From Octopus vulgaris (taxonomy: Eukaryota), in the NCBI GenBank assembly GCA_951406725.2, contig OX597840.1:12958001-13022000 (forward strand): a DNA stretch of 64,000 nucleotides, in the 5' to 3' direction. The notes beneath the pieces are model-generated. The model ran no database searches, was not told where the DNA came from, and saw nothing but the letters and a program-made list of their open reading frames with translations. A program made the translations under genes and the position numbers. Of this stretch, positions 52,808 through 64,000 are shown piece by piece. Positions within the stretch are counted from its first letter, which is position 1; the number at the start of each line of letters is the position of its first letter.

Positions 52808-53840
52808 GTAAGTATCCGTTTCATTATTATTTTATTTTTCACTTTACGCAACGATTCCCTTAAATTGTCTCTCTCTCTCACCAAACACATGTTTCTGCTT
52901 CTCTACTCTGCCTCCTCCTTCTCTCTCTTTCTTACCAAACGTGTTGCTTCTCTTCCTCCTTCCCACTCTCTCATCAAATGCATGCTTTTTCTCTCCTCCT
53001 TCCTCTCTGTCATCAAACGCATGTTTTTACTTTCGTGTTCCTCCTCCTCCGCTCACTCACTATTAAACATGTTCTCCTCTCATTAAACACATGCTTCTCA
53101 CACTCTCTCTCGCTAACACTTTCTCATAGTCTCTCGCTCCTTCACACTTTCACTCTCTTACACATACTTTCCGTCTCCCTCTCACTCCCTAACACTCTCA
53201 CTCTCTCCTTCCCCCCTCACACACTCTCTTTCACCTTGATACTCTCCTACTCCCTCTTACTTTCCTATTCCACCCCTCCCTCCCTCTCTGTCTCTCTCTC
53301 TCATCCTTTCGTTCGGTCTGTTCGATTCCTTCACATCACATTCTAAAACACTACCTTTCCCTGCTCTTCCCCCCCCCTCCACCACCAACTAATAATCGAT
53401 CATCCATTAAATCACCCACCTAAACTCCACATCATCTTCATCTCATTCTCGCTATCTGGTTTCCCTGCTTGTCTTCGTCATCATCCTCATCGCCATAACC
53501 ATGACAATAACCACGACCGAATCTCCTCCATTCGTTCCGTTTGTCTCCTATTTTCTCTTAACTATTCGCCTCTCTCTCTCTCCATACACATAATATATAT
53601 ACACAAGAATATATATATATAGTGTTGCATTCGGTACGATATGTTTATTTATTTTAGTAGTTTTGACTTTAAGAGTCCCTCCTAGCGTGTGGTATCTATG
53701 TGTAATAATACCCTCTATATAATATAAATAAATATATGTAAGTGAAAAAATTGGATTTTTTTCTCTTATGAGGGTTTTCACGCTGACTACTTAATAAATT
53801 CTAATGAAGATTTGATCCTATTTTAAAATTATATATATAA

Positions 53841-53970
53841 TTTAGCGGTTCGGCAAAAGAGACCGATAGAATAAGTACTGGGCTTACAAAGAATAAGTCC
53901 CGGGGTCGAGTTGCTCGATTAAAGGCGGTGCTCCAGCATGGCCACAGTCAAAATGACTGAAACAAGTAAA
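53841..53970 (+). mobile_element. SINE B 3' part (intronic)
   Basis: TTAGCGGTTCGGCAAAAGAGACCG..GACTGAAACAAGTAAAA. Confidence 0.85.
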
Positions 53971-54184
53971 AAAAAAAGAAAAAATATATATCTATATATA
54001 TATATATATATACATACACATGTATTTTTACGTGTGTGTGTATATTGTGCAAGCATTTCATAGATGCATGGGTAATTTTCTCAAACCTTTGAAATGTCGT
54101 TTATCAAATATATATACTTTAGCTTCCCTCGAGACCTTTTCTCTATTTGTTTTTCCCCAGTCATCGGATGTTTGCATGCAATAC

Positions 54185-54648
<464 letters not shown>

Positions 54649-55301
54649 TGTATATATATATATAATGGGAAGGTTTACGAAAATAAACAAAAGACGAATG
54701 CAGGTGGAGTACAAACAAGCAAATGTATTAGTATATATATATATATATATATATATACACTCACAAATTCGTACATGCACAAATAACGTGTATATCTTTT
54801 ATCTGTTTACACACACATATACACACATACATATATATGTATGTATATATACACACCTGTCAGCACATTCGTTTGCATTTTCAAACTGTCCTTATCAATC
54901 TATTGACATATTATCTTATACATACATACATATGACGCACAGAATCTCCATCTAAACTACCAACTCCCAGCTTCTTTGAATACGAATTATTCCACCCCTT
55001 TTTCCGTATTGAGTACTTCCCCTCACTTAATTGCATTTCACACCAGTGCTACTATCAATCCATTTATCTGCAATAACGCCTTTATCACTCACTATTTATT
55101 TAGCAATCTCTCTTTTCTGGTTCCAATTGTCCTTCAAGCACTGTCTGTTTGCCTATCTGTCTTTCTATGTTTTTCTCTATCTCTATATGTGTTGGTATAT
55201 CCATTGATGTATCTATCTGATATATATATATATGTGTGTGTGTGTGTCACATCTCTCCCTCCTGCATTTATCTGTCTATCTGATAGTCTGTGTATCTCTC
55301 C

Positions 55302-55341
<40 letters not shown>

Positions 55342-55778
55342 TTCCATGGTGGTAATATGCTGAGAATATACAATGTCTATTGATTCTTCTGGCAACAATA
55401 AAAGTATCATCTCTCTCTCTGCAAGAAACACGAAACAAAGAAGATGATATGTACCGTCACGGTGTGATGTGTGTATAAATCTATAAAATCACACACACAG
55501 CCGTATACACAAACACAAATGCACACACAACCATATACGCAAAAACACATAGCTAGTTGTACACACATCCTATATATGAGTGTGTGGATACTATATATAT
55601 ATATATATATATATACATACACGTATGTTAGTGTTTGTATCTCTGTGTGTGAATGACACGTGTGTATAGGATGCGTTTGTATATATGTATGCGTGTGTTT
55701 GTATAGCTATATCAATGTATATACACGTGTTTGTGTGTGTATATATAAACGGATATGTGCATGTATAATACATGTATG

Positions 55779-55812
<34 letters not shown>

Positions 55813-55897
55813 ATAAATGTGTGTGAATTGTTTCTACACGCATACACACATAAATGTGAGCCTAAATTATATATTACATATTCCTAAAATATATAAA

Positions 55898-55983
<86 letters not shown>

Positions 55984-56019
55984 TGTATATATCATATATA
56001 GATAGTTCATATATACTTC

Positions 56020-56400
56020 ATATGTAGCGCTCGTGCAGTTCCGTATAAAAACGTCCAGCACATTTTGTAAAATGGTTGGTGATAGGAAGGGTATCCAGCC
56101 GTAGAAAACCATGCCTAATCAGACTGGAGCCTGGTGCAGCTCTGGTCAAATCATCCAACCCATGCCAGCATGGGCAACAGATGTTAAATGATGATATCTG
56201 GTCTGATACCTGTGTCGGTGGCACGTAAAAAGCACCCACTACACTAATGGAATGGTTGGTGTTACGAAGGGCATCCAGCTGTAGAAACTCTGCCAGATCA
56301 GATTGGAGCCTGGTGCAGCCTTCTGGCTTCCCAGACCCCAGTTGAACCGTCCAACCCACGCTAGCATGGAAAGCGGACGTTAAACGATGATGATGATGAG
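56020..56400 (+). mobile_element. Two tandem RTE-like 3'UTR fragments
   Basis: AGGAAGGGCATCCAGC..AACCCATGC..GTTAAA(C)GATGAT occurs twice. Confidence 0.78.
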
Positions 56401-56612
56401 GAGGAGGATAATTAAAATCCGATACAAGGAAAACAGGCACCTGTATAGGGATGGAAACATCCAGTTTTTCACTGGTTTGGCGGTTTAATACCCAATATAG
56501 CAAAGAGAAAGTTTTCCACAATTCAAATGGGTATATATTCAATATACAAAAATGAATACACACACACACACACACACTATATACATATGACATAAAGGTT
56601 ATATGTCATATA

Positions 56613-56615
<3 letters not shown>

Positions 56616-56660
<45 letters not shown>

Positions 56661-57093
56661 ACACACACACGCACACACACACATATATATATATATACAT
56701 ATATATGTGTGTGTATGTATATATATGTGTATATATATATATATATGTGTATATATATATAGATGTATGTATATATATATACGTATATATATATATGTAT
56801 GTATATATATATATATGTATATATATATATGTATATATATATGTACATATATATATATGTATGTATATATATGTGTATACATATATATGTATATATATGT
56901 ATGCATATATATGTATGTATATATATATATGTGTATATATATATATGTATATATATGTGTGTATATATATATGTATATATATATATGTGTGTATATATAT
57001 GTATATATATATATGTGTATATATATATATGTATATATATATATGTATATATATATATGTATATATATATATGTATATATATATATGTATATA

Positions 57094-57126
<33 letters not shown>

Positions 57127-57146
57127 GTGTATATATATATATATTG

Positions 57147-57225
<79 letters not shown>

Positions 57226-57270
57226 ATATATATATATGTGTGTATATATATATATATGTGCATATATATA
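56616..57270. repeat. (TA)n with TG interruptions, ~650 bp
   Basis: Direct reading. Confidence 0.97.
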
Positions 57271-57273
57271 TAA

Positions 57274-57440
57274 CGGGAAAGTTTACGAAAATAAACAAAA
57301 GACGAAGGCAGGTGGAGTACAAACAAACAAATGTATTAGTATAGCGCTCAGGAATAGAAATAGAAAAAGTCTTACGTTTCGAGCCTACGCTCTTCGACAG
57401 AAAGATACACAGAAAAAAACAAGGAGAGAAAAAAATGTGT
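57274..57440 (-). mobile_element. Solo pLTR family P1 within (TA)n
   Basis: Homologous to 1950-2131 and 60737-60920; shorter copies at 54666-54731, 62254-62293 and 63945-64000. Confidence 0.75.
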
Positions 57441-57463
57441 ATGTATATATATATGTATATGTA

Positions 57464-57587
<124 letters not shown>

Positions 57588-57791
57588 GTGTGTGTACCAT
57601 TGTCAGCAAACTAATTGTTTGCCGGATGCTAGTTTTAAAAGATGTTGCTTTCTCTGCAGAATAGCATTGTTGCACACTTGTGCAGACATGCAGAATACTA
57701 GTTTCTCTTGTTTTTTTATCTATTTCTATATTAGAACAATAATTCTTGCTGTCGATGACTGCACGGTGCGTGCGTGTATCTCTCTCTCTCA

Positions 57792-57843
<52 letters not shown>

Positions 57844-57874
57844 CTATCTATCTATCTATCTCTCTCTCTCTCTC

Positions 57875-57923
<49 letters not shown>

Positions 57924-58418
57924 CATACGGTTTTTCTACTGTATGTCATATCAATCTACCTATACACACATACACAGAAAAATATATATGTATGTATGTA
58001 TGAATATATATATATATGTATATATATGCGTGTGAGTGTGTGTGTTTGTGTTTTGTGTGTTGACTGTTGTAAAAATGTGTACTTGATAACATATTAGAGT
58101 TTAATTATATTTTGCTCAATTCTTGCTGCTGTGTTTTTGCCTGAGGATGCACAATGTTTTCAGACAATAAGCTACCTTGAAATCCCTCTGACGACCAAAT
58201 TATAAAAATATTATCTATACAACAATAATTATTATACCTGCTTTGCTCTACCTTGTTATAATCCAAGTATTGAGTCTTTTATTGCAGTTTTTGATTTATT
58301 ATTTATGTTCTTATGAATATTGTTTTAATATATCAGACGTTTGTCTATCTATCTGACGTCTATATAACTTCCAACTGTCTGTCGATCTGCCTGCCTATCA
58401 GTCTATCTGTCTATCCTG

Positions 58419-58478
<60 letters not shown>

Positions 58479-58497
58479 CTATGCATCGGTCTATCTG

Positions 58498-58528
<31 letters not shown>

Positions 58529-58537
58529 GTATGTTTG

Positions 58538-58594
<57 letters not shown>

Positions 58595-58786
58595 GCTAGC
58601 TATCAATCGATCTGTCTGTCTGTCTATTTGTGTGTATGTATGTATACACACACACACACATCATCGTCATTTAATGCCTGCTTTCCATGCTGGCATGTGT
58701 TGGGCAGTTTGACAGGGAACCAGCGACCTGCAGGGCTGCTTCTGTTAATTTTGTGTTTGTGTGTGTGAGTGTATGTATATATATAT

Positions 58787-59156
58787 GTGTGGTAAGTAGC
58801 TTGCTTACCAACCACATGGTTCCGGGTTCAGTCCCACTGCGTGGCACCTTGGGCAAGTGTCTTCTACTATAGCCTCGGGCCGACCAAAGCCTTGTGAGTG
58901 GATTTGGTAGACGGATACTGAAAGAAGCCCGTCGTATATATGTATATATATATATACGTGTGTGTGTTTGTTCCCCTAGCATTGCTTGACAACCGATGCT
59001 GGTGTGTTTATATCCCCGTTACTTAGTGGTTCGGTAAAAGAGACCGATAGAATAAGTACTGGGCTTACAAAAGAATAAGTCCCGGGGTCGAGTTGCTCGA
59101 TTAAAGGTGGTACTCCAGCATGGCCGCAGTCAAAATGACTGAAACAAGTAAAAGAG
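58787..59156 (+). mobile_element. SINE family B, near complete
   Basis: Both halves and tail present. Confidence 0.9.
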
Positions 59157-59372
59157 TATATATATAATGCACTCTCTTTTTTTTTCTTTTAGCTCGTTTC
59201 AGTCATTAGTCATCCTCCATATGGTTTTTCTTTTTTAATCAATCAGCTCGCCTCAAACACAAAACCCCACCGTGCCCCATATTTGCCCTCCTCATTTCCA
59301 GTACGTGTTACGGTTCCTGTGCTTTACCGTCTGTTCTGAACAACTAGATGATGCAACTAGGAAGGCCACAAA

Positions 59373-59403
<31 letters not shown>

Positions 59404-59408
59404 CAGGC

Positions 59409-59594
59409 ACATTGCTTTGCAACCGGTGTGCCATGGAAAACTGATGTGCCACGAGGCGACGCTAGGTGTGCCACGGTGTAACCTGAATATATATTTTTTT
59501 TTCCGTATAATTCTATATTTTTAGTTCAGGTGTACTGCCGAATTTTGAAAAGAATATAGATGTACCGAAAGGGAAAATCGGTTGGGGAGCCTTG
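59409..59594. mobile_element. Decayed hAT (Charlie-like) MITE
   Basis: Repeated subterminal GTGTGCC(A) motifs; degenerate termini ..GCAACC / GGTTGGGGAGCCTTG. Confidence 0.4.
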
Positions 59595-59927
59595 CTCTAT
59601 AGACAGGGTGCCGGAATTCAACAAGTTCATCAACTGCTAATCCCCTTTTCACCCCTTCTAATCCCCTTTTCACCCGTCCTTCTCCCTCTCTGAATATAAT
59701 TCATATTTAGCATCGAATACACAATGATGTTTTCCCACGAATTTAGACAAGGTGCAGAAGTGGTTGTGTAGTAAGTAGCTTGCTTTCCAACGACATGATT
59801 CCGAGTTCAGTCCCACAGTGTGGCACCTTGGTCAAGTGTCTTCTAATGTAGCCTCGGGCCGACCAAAGCCTTGTGAGTAGATTTGTTAGGCGAAAACATA
59901 TATACATACATACATATACATATACAT

Positions 59928-59965
<38 letters not shown>

Positions 59966-60262
59966 TATCATCATCATCGTTTAGCATCCGCTTTCCATGC
60001 TGGCATGGGTTGGACGGTTCAACTGGGGGTCTGGGAAGCCAGAAGGCTGTACCAGGCCCAGTCTGATCTGGCAATGTTTCTATGGCTGGATGCCCTTCCT
60101 AACGCCAACCTCTCCTTGTGTGTAGTGGGTGCTTTTTACGTTCCACCGGCATGGAGGCCAGTCGGGGCAACGCTGGCACTGGCCACGTTTGGATGGTTCT
60201 CTTATGTGCCTCCGGCACTGGTATCACAGCTACAATTTCCATTGATGTTGATTGATTTCGAT
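59966..60262 (-). mobile_element. RTE-like LINE 3'UTR
   Basis: (CAT)n tail and conserved 3'UTR. Confidence 0.8.
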
Positions 60263-60288
60263 GTATATATATATATGTATATATGTAC

Positions 60289-60319
<31 letters not shown>

Positions 60320-60326
<7 letters not shown>

Positions 60327-60644
60327 TAGAAGAAATGAGGTAATCAGATCGGATGGTTCATATTTATAGATATTTATTTATATATTACATTTTTTACATA
60401 TATATCTATCATATCATTCAGATCATATCATTCGGATTATTAGCGCTTTCTCCCATTCCAGTGGGGTTTTCAAATCAAATTCAATTTGATTTGAAAACCC
60501 CACTGGAATGGGAGAAAGCGCTAATAATCCGAATGATATGATCTGAATGATATGATAGATATATATGTAAAAAATGTAATATATAAATAAATATCTATAA
60601 ATATGAACCATCCGATCTGATTACCTCATTTCTTCTAATATATA
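60320..60644. repeat. Perfect 325-bp palindrome (162-bp arms, 1-nt centre at 60482)
   Basis: ORFs 60353-60541(+) and 60423-60611(-) are mirror images differing at one residue; arms end in TATATATTAG / CTAATATATA. Confidence 0.97.
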
Positions 60645-60736
60645 ATACCTGTACATCATCTCCAAACCTTCCAATATATATATATATATATATACATGTA
60701 TATATATATGTATATTTATATGTATATATGTATATA

Positions 60737-62177
60737 GGGAAAGTTTATGAAAAAAACAAAAGACAAAGACAGGTGGTGTACAAAACAAACAGATGTATTA
60801 GTATAACGCTGAGGAATAGAAAAAGTATTTTACGTTTCGAGCCTATGCTCTTCTACGGAAAGGGACACTGAAAAAACAAGGAGAGAAAAAAATGTGTGTA
60901 GTGGCTAACAATCTATCATGGTGACTAGTGCCGGACAGAAGGGTCAAACACGAGGAGGAACGTAGGGGAGATAACAAGGTAATGATGACCCCCAACACAA
61001 AGGTGCGTGTGTGTATAAGAGAGTATGTATGTGCGTGTGTAAGAGGGCTGGTGGTCTGGACGTGTGTGTGTGTGTATGTATGTGTGGGTATGGAGATGTG
61101 GGGATGGGTGTGTGGATGGTGTGATGTGATGTGTAATGTTGTCTGGTGCAGTGTGGTGTGGTGTGATGTTGTGGGCAGGTGGGGAAAGCACAGGTAGGAT
61201 GTGGGTTCGGCTCGGGGTTGGGTTAGAGTTGGGGTTTGTGGGTAGGCAGAGGGTGGGGGTAGAGGTGTGTTATGTGGGGGAGATGGTGTGGGATAGGATC
61301 GGGGGATGGGAAGGATAGGCAAGGTGGAGTAGGGATATGTAGGGGTGGGTGGGTGGGTTTATGGGGGGAGGAGAAAGTGGGTATGTGAGGAGAGAAGAGA
61401 GAAAGAGAGGGTGAAAGAGTAGGTGAGAAGAGAGAAAGAGAATAAGAGAGGAGAGAGAAAGAGAGTAAGAGAGAAGAGAGTAAAAGGGAAGAGGGAAGGA
61501 GGGGAGAGAAAGAGAGTAGGAGAGTAAGGGAGAAGTGGGAAAGAGAGTAGGGGTGAAGAGAAGTAGGAGTTGGGTGGGAAGAAGGAGGAGGGAGGGGGAA
61601 GAGAAGAGAGCAAGGGAGCAGAGAGAAAGAGAGTAAGGGAGAAGAGGGGAAGAAAGTAGAGGTGAAAAGATGTAGGAGTGAAAAGAAGTAGGAGTTGAGG
61701 AGGAGGTTAGATGAAGAAGGGAGGAGAGTTGAGCCCAAATGGCGTAAAAGAGCAGAGAGAGAAGATTAATCCCTATTCTCAGCGCAAATGGTAGTCCAGA
61801 CGGCCTCTGTGCAAGGACAATCTGAACACAGACAGGTGTTGCAAAGAGTGACCGGTGGAGCAGAAATGGCGTGAGACTGGGGTGTCATTGCCGAGGCGGA
61901 TGTCTCGGAGGTGATCTGCGAACCGGTCAGCCAAGTGGCGTCCCGTTTGTCTGATGTACAGGGAATGGCAGAGAGAGCAGGAGATGCGATAGATGATATT
62001 GCTGGAGGTGCAGGTGAAGGAGTCGATGATGTGATAGGGTTGATGATGTGTGCGAGTGAGGAGGGTGGTGTTGGAGAGGTAAGGGCAAGTGCGGCAGTGT
62101 GGGCGGGAGCAGGGGAATGAGCCAGGTTGGGAGGTAGGGCTGGGGAAGAAGCTGTGGACCAAGAGGTCTCGTAGGTT
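60737..62177 (-). mobile_element. 5'-truncated Penelope-like retroelement: GIY-YIG C-terminus, pyrimidine-rich 3' region and pLTR
   Basis: NLRDLLVHS..CSRPHCRTC..FTCTSSNIIYRISCSLCHSLYIRQTGRHLADRFADH..PVSRHF..H at 61779-62177; terminal repeat 60737-60920; (TA)n-rich flanks. Confidence 0.88.
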
Positions 62178-62178
62178 G

Positions 62179-62209
<31 letters not shown>

Positions 62210-62351
62210 ATATGTATATTTATATATATATATGTATATTTATATATATATAAATGAGAGAAAAAAATTGCGTGTAGGGGCTAACGATCCAACATATGTG
62301 TATATGTATATATATGTATATATATATGTATATATATGTGTATATGTATAA

Positions 62352-62392
<41 letters not shown>

Positions 62393-62449
62393 TATGTATA
62401 TGTACATATATATATATATATATATATGTATATGTACATATGTATATTT

Positions 62450-62487
<38 letters not shown>

Positions 62488-62502
62488 GTACATATGTATA
62501 TT

Positions 62503-62553
<51 letters not shown>

Positions 62554-62882
62554 CACGTGACCGACCAGACCATCAGATGTTGCAACACATCACAATGCGT
62601 TCGCATTGTTTTAGCCTTTGAATGACACCACCCTGCTGGCTAAGCGAGCAGGCCATATATATGTATATATATATATGCATACTCTTTACTCTTTTACTTG
62701 TATCAGTCATTTGACTGTGGCCATGCTGGAGCACCGCCTTTAGTTGATGAAATCAACCCCAGGGCTTATTCTTTGTAAGCCCAGTACTTATTCTATCAGT
62801 CCCTTTTGCTGAACCACTAACTTACGGGGACGTAAACACACCAGCATCATGTATGTGCATATACATATGTATATACACACAT

Positions 62883-62945
<63 letters not shown>

Positions 62946-63104
62946 TAGATATATATTTACTCCTTAATTTTGAACTGTGAGAATGAAAGCTGACTACCAC
63001 ATTGGTGGATAAGTATTCTTTATTTGTGGGTTAACCGTACCTGGTTAGCACATAAACACATTGTGTATGTGTGTGTACATATATATATATGTATGTATGT
63101 ATTG

Positions 63105-63303
63105 TTTGTCTGTGTTTGTCCCCCACACCATCACTTGACAACCGATGTTGGTGTGTTTACATCCCTGTAATGTAGCTGTTCGGCAAAAGAGACCAATAGA
63201 AAAATTACCAGGCTTACAAAGAAGTCCTGGAGTTGATTTGTTCAACGAAAGGCAGTGCTCCACATGGTCGCAGTCAAGTGACTAAAACAAGTAAAAGAAT
63301 AAA
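63105..63303 (+). mobile_element. SINE B 3' half
   Basis: Tail-to-tail with the copy at 63323-63712. Confidence 0.82.
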
Positions 63304-63322
63304 AGAATATATATATATATAT

Positions 63323-63712
63323 ACTCTTTACTCTTTTACTTGTTTCAGTCATTTGACTGCAGCCATGCTGGAGCACCGCCTTTAGTCGAGCAAATCGACC
63401 CCAGAACTTATTCTTTGTAAGCCCAGTACTTATTCTATCAGTCTCTTTTGCCGAACCGCTAAGTGACGGGGACGTAAACACACCAGCATCGGTTGTCAAG
63501 CAATGCTAGGGGACAAACACAGACACACAAACACACACATACATATATATATACATATATACGACAGGCTTCTTTCAGTTTCTGTCTACCAAATCCACTC
63601 ACAAGGCATTGGTCGGCCTGGGGTTATAGCAGAAGACACTTGCCCAAGATGCTACGCAGTGGGACTGAACCCGGAACCATGTGGTTGTTTAGCGAGCTAC
63701 TTACCACACAGC
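63323..63712 (-). mobile_element. SINE family B, near-complete young copy
   Basis: Nearly identical to 16876-17282. Confidence 0.9.
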
Positions 63713-63909
63713 TCTAATTGAAAAATGGGATGAAATCTTTATAAGAATTTATCAAGTAGTTAGCTTCGAAAACCTCATCAATTATTTCTCTTAAATATAT
63801 TTATTTATATTAAGGGCGTTATTATACATAAATACAAATATATATATATATATATATATATAAATATATATATTTGTATGTATGTATAATTTATGTATGA
63901 TAATGCCCT

Positions 63910-63947
<38 letters not shown>

Positions 63948-64000
63948 CAAATTTACAGAAATCAAAAGATGAAGACAGGTGTAGGAACAACAGGCAGGTG

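Noticed and set aside
52669-53086. ORF-track ORFs 52751-53086(+) and 52669-52890(-)
   Set aside because: Wrong frame or strand relative to the conserved ERG exon starting at 52732
58141-58200. CTGAGGA and CTGACGA hammerhead cores
   Set aside because: No properly placed stem II, GAAA and NUH could be built; at most a decayed remnant
60353-60611. Twin 62-aa ORFs on opposite strands
   Set aside because: A by-product of the palindrome, with no coding signature

Overview
AT-rich, extremely microsatellite- and transposon-dense eukaryotic DNA. The repeat landscape resembles an octopus/coleoid cephalopod genome, which is an inference from recalled SINE families, not a database match. Nearly all ORFs in the track are translations of simple repeats. 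One host coding exon is supported, and it is absent from the ORF track: the 76-nt first coding exon of an ERG-type (KCNH2/6/7-like) K+ channel at 52732-52807 (+), [25 protein letters not shown] followed by GTAAGT. A transposon-poor putative promoter/5'UTR precedes it, and an intron of more than 11 kb follows. The rest is decayed mobile DNA: four tRNA-derived SINE families, RTE, R4/Dong-like, CRE-like and L1/Tx1-like LINE fragments, Penelope-like (GIY-YIG) remnants, a full-length dead mariner, other Tc1/mariner, hAT and piggyBac-type MITEs, Helitrons and a possible solo LTR. The most unusual signal is a set of short cassettes inserted in (TA)n tracts that carry minimal type-I hammerhead-ribozyme-like motifs. 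Several show a compensated U3-A8 core (UUGANAA), and two sit head-to-head in a perfect 325-bp palindrome at 60320-60644. Repeat boundaries were read by eye and are approximate.
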